The notes under the pieces were generated by a model. That model saw nothing but the letters and a program-made list of their open reading frames with translations, had not been told where the DNA came from and did no database searches. From Felis catus (Eukaryota): a stretch of 64,000 nt of DNA. Numbering within the stretch: position 1 is the stretch's first letter; the number at the start of each line of letters is the position of its first letter. Shown piece after piece: positions 13,015-25,412 of this stretch. The translations under genes were made by a program, and so were the position numbers. The DNA is taken from positions 78,184,001 to 78,248,000 of the forward strand of contig NC_058368.1 in NCBI RefSeq assembly GCF_018350175.1. The letters are read 5' to 3'.

Positions 13015-13770
13015 TAATGCAGAGTGTTGGGCCTGGCCATCAGTAAGTTCTGAATAAGTATTTGTTGGATGTAATTAACTACCTGCCTAGGTGTTGCACC
13101 GTGGACTCGCGCTCCAGAGTCTGAATTGAATTCACCTTTTCTTCCCGAAGCCTGTTTCTACACCCACTTACCCTGTCTTCATCTTATTATCCTCCCAGAC
13201 ACAGGAGCAAGGGATTTCTAAGTCAAATTTATTTCTTGCTTGCCTTGATTCACTCATAAATAATTCATTAATTCTACAAATATTGCTGCTAGGAACTAAA
13301 ATAAGTGCTGGTGACACAGAGTCAAACAAACCACAGCCTCTGCTTTCAAAGATAATTGTGTCTGGTGAGAAAGAGAGACAAGTAAATCAAGATCCGGAGG
13401 CCAGCGCGCGAGGCACAATGGCGGGACGAAGAAGGAGGGTTCACTTGGCGGAGGCCGAGGGGCCAGGGGCGTGTTCTGGGGGAGGGAGGCATAATGTGGA
13501 AGGAAGGATGGTGGCAGCTGGGAGCGATGGGGAGAGGGCTGGGGTGGGGGGTGGGGGGGTGTGTGCAAATGCAGTGGTGGGGGCACAGAGTGCCAGAGTG
13601 GATAGTGCGGAGGCCAAGGTTCAGGGAGTAGGACTAGGGCTGGAGAGGCAGGGAGGCCAGCCTTGCCATCCAAATGCCCTTCGGGTGGGTGTCAAGGTGT
13701 GTGTTTGGCAGGAAGGTCATTTTGCCTTAATCCTTGAAAGCTCTGGGGAGTGGCTGAGGGATTTCACACG
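13015..13770. mobile_element. L2 relics, both orientations
   Basis: L2 3'-end-like text (GAATAAGTATTTGTTGGAT; CATTAATTCTACAAATATT...AAGTGCTGGTGACACAGAG). Confidence 0.45.
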
Positions 13771-14317
13771 GGGCTCAACACTCTGTGTGTGTATTGCATG
13801 TGTGGGTGTCTGTGTGTGTCTCGTGTGTGTACATGTGTGTGTTAGGATAAAGAGTATATTTCCCATTATGCCACAGGCATCTGGTGAAAGATCTTGTCAA
13901 TGGTTTGGTAGGTTTCTACATGTTTTCAGCAGTTCTCTAGAAGTTGTGAACTAGCTCAAAATGGAAATAACAAGGTCACGTGTGCACTTGGTTATAGACA
14001 CTGAGGAGCCGGAAGCAAACAGGAACTGTACCCTGGGGAACTCACAATCCTTGGGTAATAAAAACACCCAGGAGACACTGGGGGAAATGCAGGCATACGG
14101 ATGTGGTGCAAGGATGGGCGAGATAAAGCTCGCTGCCTGAGGCCTCCTGTCACTGGGCCCGGGGCTCCTGGGGACCAAGCTTCCTTCTCTACACACACAA
14201 ACTCCCCTTTGATAACTTACTTGAGAACCACCTGTATGATCGACTAGAGGCTCCTTTGTCTGTGGGTGGTGAATCCTCCTCTCCCGAAATCGTCCATTCA
14301 GATGAAAACTCAGGGTT

Positions 14318-14526
14318 TTATTTTTTTTAAGGTTTATTTATTTATTTATTTATTTAGAGAGGGAGAGAGGAGAGGGATTGAAGGGAGGGGCAGGGAGAGG
14401 GAGAACCCCAAGCTGGCTCCGCACTGTCTGTGCAGAGCCTGACGTGGGGCTGGAACTCACGAACCCGTGAGATCATGACCTGAGCCAAAGTCAGATGCTT
14501 TAACTGACTGAGCCAACGAGGAGCCC
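14318..14526 (-). mobile_element. CAN-SINE
   Basis: (TTTA)n tail, antisense body; TGAAAACT on both flanks. Confidence 0.92.
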
Positions 14527-14702
14527 TGAAAACTTGTTTTTATGAAAACATCCCAAACTTGACAAAAATGTCTAGAGACATCAATGACACAAGTGTATTT
14601 TGATGCTTCTTAGAGATGAAAAGACATAATTCAATACTGTTTTAAAAAGAAGCTTTTATTACTACGGTTATAACAGCATCTGTACCTGTTAGGAAGATGT
14701 GA

Positions 14703-14704
<2 letters not shown>

Positions 14705-14735
<31 letters not shown>
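14705..14735. repeat. (TG)n microsatellite
   Basis: Direct reading. Confidence 0.95.
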
Positions 14736-15197
14736 CTGTTGTGGATGTGGATGAAAGAGATGTTTGCAAGAATTGTTTAAAACCAGTGCTCAGGAGGTTG
14801 TCTGTGTGGTTGGGGCGGCAAAGAGTTGACTAGGGCTTCTAAACATGAAAAAGGAGACCAATCAGAGGACAAAGTAAAAAAAAAAAAAAGGCAACTAAGG
14901 GGATTAGCACATTGAAATCTCCCCCCACGGTCCTGGGCGATGTGTGTGCTTACTAATACTGTGCAGTGGGGCTGGGCGCTGGGCCGAGGGGCGTCCTCCT
15001 CCATTACCTCATTTCATAGGGTGAAGCAGTTAGAAAAGCAATACAAGAAAACTAAGTGCTGCTTTCAAATACGTAAAAGGCCTGTTGCGCGTTACAAGAA
15101 GGAAACAAGTATTGGGGATGCCGGGGAATTAAATTCCGGTGTCAAAAAAGGAAGAGCTACCTAACGTCATGACAGGCAAAGATAATAAAGTCTCATA

Positions 15198-15420
15198 GGG
15201 GCGCCTGGGTGGTTCAGTTGAGCATCCGACTTCGGCTCAGGTCATGATCTCATGGTTTGTGGGTTTGAGCCCTGTGTCGGGGCTCTGTGATGCCAGCTCA
15301 GAGCCTGGAGCCTGTTTCCGATTCTGTGTCTCCCTCTCTCTCTGCCCCTCCCCCGTTCATGCTCTGTCTCTCTCTGTCCCAAAAATAAAAAAACATTGAA
15401 AAAAAAATTTTTTTTAAAAA
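15198..15420 (+). mobile_element. CAN-SINE, apparently mosaic
   Basis: Older-type 5' half, young-type 3' half. Confidence 0.93.
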
Positions 15421-15608
15421 ATTCTTAAATAATAAAGCCATACCAAAAAAAAAAAAAAAACCCTCAACAAAGTGTCTACAATTTTCGCAATTTTTAAAAA
15501 AGGTTGTGAGTCTGACATCTGATTTTGAAACATAAATATACGTTTTATTGTAGAAAAATCTTGATATGTAAGATGCAGTTATTTGGAGACTTAATATATA
15601 TAATATAC

Positions 15609-16395
15609 TGTCTGGGACCAGGTAAAGCTGCCCCAAAATGTGCCACAGTTGTGGGAATCAATAATATTGCTTATTTTGAGTTGAAGCTACTTGAGGAACA
15701 GCCCGTGCAAGGCCACGCAGGCCCTCCTCTGCACCTTGAAAGCAAGGAACAAATCTCCCACAGGAAAAATAACCTACCTCTGCTAAGAAATAAGACATTG
15801 TTATCACTACAGACAGGGCCTTTGAAGTCAAGAAAGCTGTAGAAATAAACCTTGTTAGTTTTTTTACTAATCTACTACCTCAGCCCAAATACTGCCTAGA
15901 ATTCCTTATTAAAGCTCTCAAACACCTGTTTTTCTTATCCTGTAAATTCATCACAAATTTATCATCTCTTGGTCTAAAATGTGTAAACAGTGCCTGCCTT
16001 GGTCATTTCTTTGGGTCTCAGTTTCATTATGAGTATTTAGTGCATATGAAATAAAATGTTTTTTTCTTTCTCCTGTTTTAAGAAAAAACTTTTTTTTACA
16101 TTTATTTATTTTTGAGAAACAGAATGAAACAAAGCATGAGCAGGGGAGGGGCAGAGAGAGACAGAGACACAGAATCCGAAGCAGGCTCCAGGCTCTGAGC
16201 AAGCGGTCAGCACAGAGCCTGATGCAGGGCTCGAACCCATGGACTGTGAGATCATGACCTGAGCCGAAGTTGGCTGCTCAACCAACTGAGCCACCCAGGT
16301 GCCCCTCTTTCTCCTGTTAACGTGTCTCATGTAACTTGAATTCTCAGTCCAACTGGAAGACCTCGATGGCAGAAGAGTTCTCCCTCCCGGCCATT
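15609..16395 (+). mobile_element. MER34-like ERV1 solo LTR, interrupted by a SINE
   Basis: CCCCAAAATGTGCCAC...TTATTTTGAGTTGAAG start, AATAAA near 16050, TCTCCTGTTAA...TCTCAG end; family from recall. Confidence 0.65.
16078..16305 (-). mobile_element. CAN-SINE nested in LTR
   Basis: TSD TCTTTCTCCTGTT. Confidence 0.95.
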
Positions 16396-16419
16396 CAAAA
16401 TATAATCTGATTATCATGT

Positions 16420-16517
16420 GGAGAGACTCAGTAAGTCTGGAGGAGGCCCCATCATTGGTTTTTTAATACAACTCCATGGGTAGGTCTGATGTGCATCAGT
16501 GATTGAGAGTATCTGGC
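16420..16517. mobile_element. MER5-like hAT relic
   Basis: GACTCAGTAAGTCTGG...GGCCC...TCTGATGTGCA pattern. Confidence 0.45.
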
Positions 16518-16534
16518 CTACAAGATGCTACATT

Positions 16535-17353
16535 TGTAACGAGAGTTAGGAGGCTCCCCCAAAAGAAAGACAAGACACGGCTTTCCTGACATAAGAAAAG
16601 TCATTCTAGGTCTCCAACTTTCTTGTGAAAGAGTATCAGAGCAAAGAGCCACCATGGCCCAGGAGATGGCCTGTCACATCAAGGACAAGTCGGTGGTAAA
16701 ACCTCCAGTGCTGGTTCAAAAGTGAGGATTGACCTCACTCACATTCTTGGATTGTCTCTGCAGGTTCTGAATCTCTGAGTACTCAGGTTCCGGACCAACA
16801 GGGCCAGAGAATGGTGCTGACCTTGGCAGCCTTCAAGACTTTGACCTGAACTCTGCCACCTAAAGGTGACTTTTGCCCAATTCCTTGCTGAATCTCTCAC
16901 TGTGTGAGCCCTTTCATGAATATGCATGCACCCTTAGCTTAAACTTCCCAGTTTTGTTGTTGTCCGGGGAGATACTATTTTGGGAAAGATCCCCTGTGTT
17001 CTTCCTACTTGTTGCAAGTAAAACCCTACCTTGTCCTGGGGCGCCTGGGTGGCGCAGTCGGTTAAGCGTCCGACTTCAGCCAGGTCACGATCTCGCGGTC
17101 CGTGAGTTCGAGCCCCGTGTCAGGCTCTGGGCTGACGGCTCGGAGCCTGGAGCCTGTTTCCAATTCTGTGTCTCCCTCTCTCTCTGCCCCTCCCCCGTTC
17201 ATGCTCTGTCTCTCTCTGTCCTAAAAATAAATAAACGTTGAAAAAGAAAAAAAAAACAAAAAAACAAAAAACCCTACCTTGTCCTATTCTTTGGGTTGGT
17301 TGTGTTTTGGAGTTCAATGCCCAACCAAAAGGCGAATCCAGTTTTAGGTAACA
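16535..17353 (+). mobile_element. ERV solo LTR (TG...CA), interrupted by a young SINE
   Basis: TGTAAC start and GTAACA end; U5-like GGCGAATCCAGTTTTAGGTAACA. Confidence 0.7.
17038..17267 (+). mobile_element. Very young CAN-SINE
   Basis: Near-consensus, CpG-rich; perfect 18-bp TSD AAAACCCTACCTTGTCCT. Confidence 0.98.
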
Positions 17354-17930
17354 GACTCAAATTAAGTACTCAAGGTTATGGCTAAGTAAGAATTTTAAAT
17401 AATAACTAAACATACGACCGATAACTGATATCACTTAATATCATCAGGAAAAAAAAAAAACCACAACACAACCCTAATAAGTAAAAACCTCTTGCAGACA
17501 GTGCAGGTACTGATAAGTATCTAGAAACTTCCTACAAAGTATGCAATTTCTGGGATATTTACAGTAATGACATTTTTTTCTCTGTGAGGCTCCGTCAGCA
17601 TCTCTTTCGATCTGACGAGTGTTCCCATGCAACTATAATAGTAACATATTAAATAAACCTAATGATTTCCAGCTCATCTCTTTTTATAGATGAGTGAACA
17701 AATCTTTGTGATTATCCAGGGCCCCTCTGGGAAACCTCGAGCTACTTTTAGGTTTAAAAGATATCCTGAAAATTGTACTTTTTCTATATTTAAGATCCAA
17801 TGTGGGGATGCAAAAATCAAAACAGTTGTCACAGAAAATGTGGACATTTGATTAAGACAGGAATATGGGTGCCTTGAGAGGCACCACCTGCTTAACTATT
17901 TAATCAAGATGGCAATAAAGCATTTAAAAT
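17354..17930 (-). mobile_element. MER4-group ERV internal fragment (non-coding)
   Basis: Resembles antisense MER4-group internal text (ATCCAGGGCCCCTCTGGGAAA...TTTGATTAAGACAGGA); recall only. Confidence 0.45.
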
Positions 17931-17959
17931 AAACCCTGCCATTTCATCCGTAACAAAAA

Positions 17960-19821
17960 GATGCCTCAGAGTGACACAGAGCTGAAAAAGGGTATCAGTC
18001 ACATTTTAGAAGAAGAAAAAAGCAAGACAAACTGAGAATTGATGGCTTTCTTGAGCCCATCAGAGAACAGAGCCACAAGGCAGACAATGCTTCTGAATTC
18101 TGGAGAGACCCAGAAGGCTGCAGAAAGAAATAGAACCTACGCATTTGCTTGGGGGCAGACATGTCTGGGTGCAATATGGATCTGCTGGAAAGTTTAAGTA
18201 GAATTATTTAAGAAGGTGCTAAAAGCTGAATGTAGGCTCTCCTGTGAGTGTGAAACCCCTGGAGGACCCTGGCATAGAGGGGCTGTCACAACCCTAAGAG
18301 CCTTTGCTCCAGGACACATCCACCAGGATCTGAAGCAAAATCAGAAAGAATCCACTTCTCCTCTTGGCTACCCACCTTGAAAATCCACTTTCCTCACTAA
18401 AGAAAACACTGCCTGAATCTGCACGGATTGTACAGTTGGAAGAGGGGACAGAGGCCAGCACAGACTCATTCCTCCCTTACTTCCTCAGTAGACAAAGGCT
18501 AATCTGCAGAAGACCAGGGACAAAATGGTAGCCTTCAGACACTGCAGCTGGGGGTGGAGAAGGGAAGGGAAAGAAGTAACAACCGCAGGAGGACAAGAGG
18601 TCTTGTGAAGTCCACACACCCAACGTCTGCCCAATGCTTCCCTAAACCTGAAATCTAGTCTGAATATGATTGAAAGCCCACCTCCTTTCTACCTCTCCAC
18701 TCCACAGTCATGGCAAAGAAGCCTCCAGCAAAAGTAAGGGGAGAGCCCAGCAGAAGAGAAACTCTCTCAAGAGAGAAAGACAAATTGAAGACCCAACACC
18801 AACCGGGGAGAGAAAAATAAGATATCACCAGAGCAGTTGAAAGTATGTGGTGTCCAAAACAGCAACACATTTCAACTCCAGTAACCAGAACAATAAAACC
18901 TTGAAATCCAGACCCAATCCTGCCTAGATGAAAGCAAGCCCCATACTGAAGGCATAGAAGAAACAGAGAAAGCGCTTGTCCTGGTATCTAGTGTCACACA
19001 CAACATGTCCAGCTTTCAACACAAAACTGTGAGGTGTACGGAAAGGAAAGAGACAACAACAACAACAACAACAACACAGTCTGAAGGGTCAAAGTAATCA
19101 TTATAACCCAACCCCATTAGGAAACATGTGTTGAAACTATCATACAGGGACTATAAAATAATTCTGATTAATATGTTAAAGGCTATACACAGAAAAAGTG
19201 GATACCATGCAAGATCAGAAGGTATTTGAGGCTGAGAGATGGATACTATAAGAAACAGTCAAAGGAAAATATTAGAAATAAAAAGCACAGTGACAGAAGC
19301 TGTACAGATTGATCAGTAGACTGAACACAGCTGAGGAGATAAATGGTGAACTTGAAATGGGTCAGAACTGACCCTAACTGAAATGCAAAAGAAAAAAGAA
19401 AGATACTAATAAAAACAGAATGGAGACACCCGACTCTGTGGGGTGATGTCAAAGGCCCTAACACACGTGTAATTGGAGTACTAGAGGAGACGAAAGAGAG
19501 AACACGATGGAAGAAATATTCGAAGAAAGAGTGGCTGAGGAGCACCTGGGTGGCTCAGTTCATTGAGTGTCCAACTCTCGATTTTGGCTCAGGACATGAC
19601 CTCTCAGTTTGTGGGATCAAGCCCCACGTGGGACTCTGAGCTGACAGCCTGGAGCCTGCTTGGGATTCTCTCTCTTTGCCTCTCTCTGCCCTCTCCTCTC
19701 AAAATAAGTAAATCAACATGAAAAAAAAAATTTTTAAAGAAGAAATGGCTGAGATTTTTCCAAAATTACTTACAGACACCAAGCCACAGATCTGAGAATC
19801 TTGGAAAATACCAAACATGGT

Positions 19822-19826
<5 letters not shown>
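17960..19826 (+). mobile_element. Old L1 5'UTR/ORF1 fragment, interrupted by a SINE
   Basis: ORF1-like ACACGTGTAATTGGAGTA...GAAATATTCGAAGAAAGA...TTTTCCAAAATT. Confidence 0.7.
19539..19737 (+). mobile_element. CAN-SINE nested in L1
   Basis: Head, A-tail, flanking AGA.TGGCTGAG repeat. Confidence 0.92.

Positions 19827-19865
<39 letters not shown>
19827..19865. repeat. (CA)n microsatellite
   Basis: Direct reading. Confidence 0.97.
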
Positions 19866-19866
<1 letters not shown>

Positions 19867-20148
19867 CACTCAACAGTATTGCACAAAAGACCTTCAAACT
19901 GTGGACTGCATTCTCAAGAGCACGATCTTCTCAGTTGGAGTGAACCAGTCCATGTGCATTTATTTTAGCTACCAGCATTTTATTTGCAGATGATTTTTTC
20001 TCAGAGTCACAATTATTGTCATGAGGAGGGGATTCCTGGTTCAGAACTGAAGTAGTTAGAGTTATAAATATAGCTACAGCCTGGGATCCATCCAACTGGA
20101 CTATGTTTTTTCTCTCTCAAATCAACCTACATTCAAAGCCATTTCACT

Positions 20149-20505
20149 CTGTCTTAATCTGTTCAGGCTGCTATAACAAACATACCATAGATTCAATGGC
20201 TTATACACAATATAAGTTTGTTTCTCACTGTTCTGGAAATTGGAGAGTCCAAGATCAAGGTGTTGGCAGATCCGGTGTCTGGTGGGGGCTGCTTTCTGGT
20301 TCATAGATGGCTACCTTCCGGGTGTGTCCTCACCTGGCATGAGGAACACAAGACTCTGTGACATCTCTTTTACAAGAATCCCATTCTGAGGGCTTCACTG
20401 GTATGAGCTAATCACCTCCCAAGCGCCCCCGCCCCCAAATACCGTAACACTGGGGCATAGGTTTCAACATATGAATTTTGGAGGGACACAATTCATTCTA
20501 TAGCA
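20149..20505 (-). mobile_element. MaLR MLT1A-like solo LTR
   Basis: CAGGCTGCTATAACAAA...AGTCCAAGATCAAGGTG...TTTCAACATATGAATTTTG. Confidence 0.85.
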
Positions 20506-20719
20506 CATTCCTTTGCCAAATGTAAGCCTTCTACAGTTTCTGCCTCCTGATCTGTTTCTTGACACCGCTCTATTGGCCAGGATACCCTTCCTCAACTACA
20601 CAGACATAATAGATTCTTAAATCACTAACAATGTGAATCAACATTTTTCCCCCTGAAATCCAGCATCTTCTTTCTGATCGATGTTGCCTCTCAATATTTA
20701 CTGCCCTCTATTGAATCCC

Positions 20720-21145
20720 CTCACCACAAGTGGCCAGAGATGGTGGCTCTGAGATCTCCCTGTGGAGAGCATCGCTGACTGTCAGCTCCAGTCGTCGACG
20801 CCTTGAATCCGTACCAGCTTTATGCTGAGACCATGCTTTCTCTGGGTTGCCACCAATCAATGAATGAACTAGTGCTGGCCCGTCCCTACTTGGCATGAGA
20901 CTGCTCCAGTGGGCAGACTTGCTTGAGAACCCCTCACTGATTAACTATGATCTGACAGTCTCTCTACCCGGAGTGTTCTCCCTCTCTTGCCATGGCGGTC
21001 TGACACGCATCATGATCTGGAGGCCTCCTTGCTCACTGTCTGTTCCTGATCCTTCTTTCTCTATTCATCACAAATATCTCCCTCAACACATTTTTTTGCA
21101 CATCTGGTCCCATCATGGCATCCGCTCCTCAAAGAACCAAAAGTC
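20720..21145 (+). mobile_element. ERVL LTR16-like solo LTR
   Basis: 3' end TTGCACATCT...CCCATCATGGCATCCGCTCCTCAAAGAACC. Confidence 0.55.
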
Positions 21146-22469
21146 GCACCCCATCTTGGCATTTGTTAAAGTCAATCTTCACAAGCCAATATCCTGTCCC
21201 CATTTTACAGTGACAAAATTACTTCCAGGTAATTGGAATTTGGTTCTGCTTGGTTCCAAGTTTCATACTCTTTCTACTACACAACACAATCTCTATTGAT
21301 ACACACATCTCTCTCGATGAGTCAGATGATGCTTGAAGACTGAATAATATTTTTAGGCAAATACATGTAATATATGTTTGTAGATTTCCCAAATGAAGTC
21401 CTATCTGATTTGATAATTATATACATATGATCTGTCTCAATCTTGATTAATTGCACAATCACTTTGATTAAAACCTTTACAAGCATAGGCTCATGAACAA
21501 TTCCATAAAATGCAAACATGATCTATGTACGCTTATAAAATATATTTAAATCCTTGTTCTACTACTTCTTAGAGATTTTTCAATTTTATCTAATAGGCCA
21601 CACATAAAAAAAATACTAAGACATTTTGCTACCTAAGCAAAATGTAGAGACTTATAATAATGACCTAAATACCTGAAATTAAATCTTCATTCAAAAGGGC
21701 TTTTAATGCAAAAAAGATGATATTTCAGAGTTAAGAAGCAAAAGAACTCTCTAAATGTAAGTTATGATTAAGAAGTGACATTTTTATACCTAGATTCACT
21801 GTCGAAGAGCAGAGCAAACTTTTCCATCCTGTAAAATCTGGCAAATTTCTTAAACGATGAATGGCAGAACACTTGCCTGCAAACACAAGTGAGTTGGTGG
21901 CAGTGAAAAGTGCCAAACACTTCACCATTAATTGCTCTGAACAAATTAGCAGACTAAGCCTCCTCAAATGTCAGACATAGAATGTATGTTTAGCCTGTTC
22001 TTTTATAATGAGATACCACTCTCTATTTGTCATAAAACAATTTTAAAGCCGTGATTAATATGAACCCATAAAAGAATGCTAATACCCTCTAGAAAAAAAA
22101 AAAAGGAGTCATGAGCTACTGTCCAGAGACAAGCATAATAAAAATTCATATTTTAGTGTCTTATTCAAGAGAAGAAAATGTGCCACTGTGTCAGCAATAG
22201 TTACATAAGATTTTTGTTATGTCAAGCAAAAACTTTGCAACCCTGACTTAAATGGAAAGAGAAATCAAAGTGGGATTAAAAATATGATGGTTCAGGAAGA
22301 ATACTAATTGAAGAGTTGGACAACTCAAACCACTGAGACAATTTGGCATTTAATGTACACTTAGAACAAACATTGTCATTATTGTAATATAATCAAAAAT
22401 AACAAAACTGTTCTATTCAAAAGATTATTGACTTACTAGTCAACTGGCAACTAGACTAGCAACTAGTGG

Positions 22470-22691
22470 GTTTTTTTTTAATTTTTTTAACATTTATTCA
22501 TTTTTGACAGGAAAAGAAACAGAGTATGAGCAGGGGAGGGGCAGAGGGAGAGGAAGACACATAATCCAAAGCAGGCTCCAGGCTCCGAGCTGGCAGCACA
22601 GAGCCCGACGCAGGGCTCGAACTCATGAACTACGAGATTATGACCTGAACCGAAGTTGGATGCTTAACAGACTGAGCCAGCCAGGTGCCCC
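22470..22691 (-). mobile_element. CAN-SINE
   Basis: Antisense body ending CCAGGTGCCCC. Confidence 0.94.
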
Positions 22692-23604
22692 TAGTGCTTT
22701 TTCCTTTTTACTAGTAGTTTGTATGGATCTCTCCACAGTCTCAGTGGACAAGTATATGTGAGGCCATTGGTCAAGACATTGTCAATATCTTGCAACACAT
22801 TTTTCTCATCATAGCTACCATCGCCACCACCATCATGACCATGACCCTGTTGTCTTGATCCTGAAATAGGAATTACACATCATCTTTATTTACTTCATTT
22901 TACCCAAGAGAGATAATGTAATTTGCCCAGGCAGATCACCACAGTAATTTTTAGTTGTTCAAGTAAGCAGTTTTTCTGCCTCTGAACTTAGTATCCTTTC
23001 TCCTACTGAAAGTAATCAAACAGGATGAAACATATGAGGCGATTCATTAGTAGGAAATACGCAGTGAAATATTTGGGAGTAAAAGGAACATTATCTTTGC
23101 AACTTACTCTGAACTGGTTGAGAACAATAAAATCGATGTAGTAATGTTAATATTGGGGGATTTGAGATAAGAGGTATCCAGGAATTTTCTCTAAGTTTTT
23201 AATGACATGTATTAAAACAATTTAAACCCAGTTTGTAAATATTTTACCACGTGACCACTTCATTGAGTTTGCAGCCAACAACGATAAGTTTTCTCAGATG
23301 ATTAAGAAGTTACCTCTAATCCTATAGGACCTTGCCTCTGTGATAACATGAATATTGAATATCACTGTACAAAAGTGCAAAAACTATGCAAGAATGAAGA
23401 GCTATTTATTAAGGATTTATTAATTATAAGTATTTTTGGTTACTTCAAACTTTGTTTTAATTAATAATAGTATCTATAATAAGAAAGTACCTTTAGTAAC
23501 CATTATCTAGAGGGTTTGGATAAACAGTTTTATTGGTGCAAACTATTGTTCAAAGATACATGAGGTTTCTATTGGTTAAAAAACAACTGTTAGAAGTTAC
23601 AACT

Positions 23605-24240
23605 AATCAAGGAAGGGAAAGCTAGAATGAGCACTAGAATGGATTGGAATCAGACATCAATATGATTACATGTGCATATATACATACATATAGAAAATGA
23701 AGAAATAATTGTAGATGTGTGTATGTGTGGGTTATTATGCATACACAGTTTCCTAGCTCTGTCTGCTAAGAGAGTCTAGAAGCAGTGACACCCCAATAGA
23801 GTAAAAGAGCACTCAGCACCCAATTCTTGGTTTCTAACTACTGTTATCCACTAAAAGGAACCAAGACCCCTTGGAGAAATGCCTGATTCTGGGAGTGGAG
23901 CAGGGAAGATGTAAGATTATCCTACATATGTGGTTCCATAGTGTAAGAAAAGGCTCAAAATGAAAACAAACATATGAAATGATGGAGATGTGTTGAAGGA
24001 CATAGGAGCCAATCGGAAAGATCTCCCAGTGCATAAATCTGGAATGGTTTAAGCAACAAAATGAATAGTGTAGAATTGGTTTATATCCCAAAGTACAGAA
24101 ACACTTTGTGAACAGGAGTTCACATAGATACAAGTAAACAGGCAAAGAGGGACAAGATTTTCTTACAAAAGAATTCCAAATAATATAGTTAACTCCTTAT
24201 TCCAGGAAGTGGAACTTAATTCCCCTTCCATAAAGAATTT
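23605..24240 (+). mobile_element. L1MD/L1MC-type 3' region
   Basis: TTCCTAGCTCTGTC...GTGACACCCCA...AAAAGGAACCAAGACCCCTTGGAGAAATG. Confidence 0.7.
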
Positions 24241-25274
24241 ATTTACAGAATGAAAACAAAAACAGAAAATGAAAACAAAACCCAAAACCAGGCCCATTAC
24301 TTAATATTTTCTATATATTGTCACCAAGATATTTAAAAAAATTTAACGTCAACATACAGCAATGGCTCAACAATATTGCACAGAAAACTCTCAACTGTGA
24401 ACTATATTGTCCGTTGGATCCCAGTTTATTTTCACCACTCAAATTGAATTCTTAAGCTGCCTAGAAATTTTTAGAGGAAAATGCAGATGCTGTGAGGAAA
24501 AGTTAAGACCAAGAGGAAAATGGTAGTTTCAGCTCTGAGAAACTTGTTTATTTTAAGAACAAAACACAATTGTTCTTTCCCTGAGTGGATATAAACATAA
24601 GCAAATGAATCACACCAGAGAAGAACTTCAATGATAAGTTGTTTGTGGTTAAAAGTATTCTTAATTTACAGTGGCAATTTGTGCTTGGCAAGGCTACTTT
24701 TGATTAATTGCCGCATGAATTTTATAAATTCTCGGGACAATGAGTTGCCAAACTGACATTGCAAATATTGTATTTTTCAAGACATGAGCATTTTTCATGA
24801 GGTTGGTTACTGGATGTAAAGACAAGATTCGGTGAAAGGTTATTTTAATTGGCCCATTGATTTCCTTAACGAAAATTAATTTCAAAATACTTAGTCATTT
24901 GCAAATGCTTACTGGAGTGTCCTGTTAGAGCTAAGCACCAGAGATACAGAAGAACATCTGATATCCAGATGTCACGAAACACTGGAGTTCTAAGTCAAAG
25001 ATGCTTGGTTAGTAACCAAAGCTGGTTAAGTAACATGGTTTTCTGTGTGGATCGGGAATAAAAAGGGTGATTGTTGAGAACTGGGGAGGATATGACAGCT
25101 TGGGATTTCTAGTTAGTGTTATTTTATTGAAGCTGGAAATAAATAAGGTTGACCTTAGTCATATTCCACTCCTTAATCTGAGCGTGTTGTTCTTTCTGTG
25201 TTAGAGTTATCAGTGAGGACTGCTCCAGTCTGCCATGTGTAATTATGTATGCCCAGTGTGATTGATTGTGTATT

Positions 25275-25412
25275 TATATTGTATTATATTATATTATATT
25301 ATATTATATTATATTATATTTTGTATATGTTGATTATATATTATATTGTACTACATTATATCATATTATGTTATATTATATATTATGTTAATCATATATT
25401 AAATATTATATT
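25275..25412. repeat. (TATAT)n low-complexity tract
   Basis: Direct reading. Confidence 0.9.

Noticed and set aside
13283..13954. 223-aa ORF, the longest non-L1 ORF
   Set aside because: Runs through L2-like and (TG)-rich low-complexity sequence, non-ATG start, no recognisable domain
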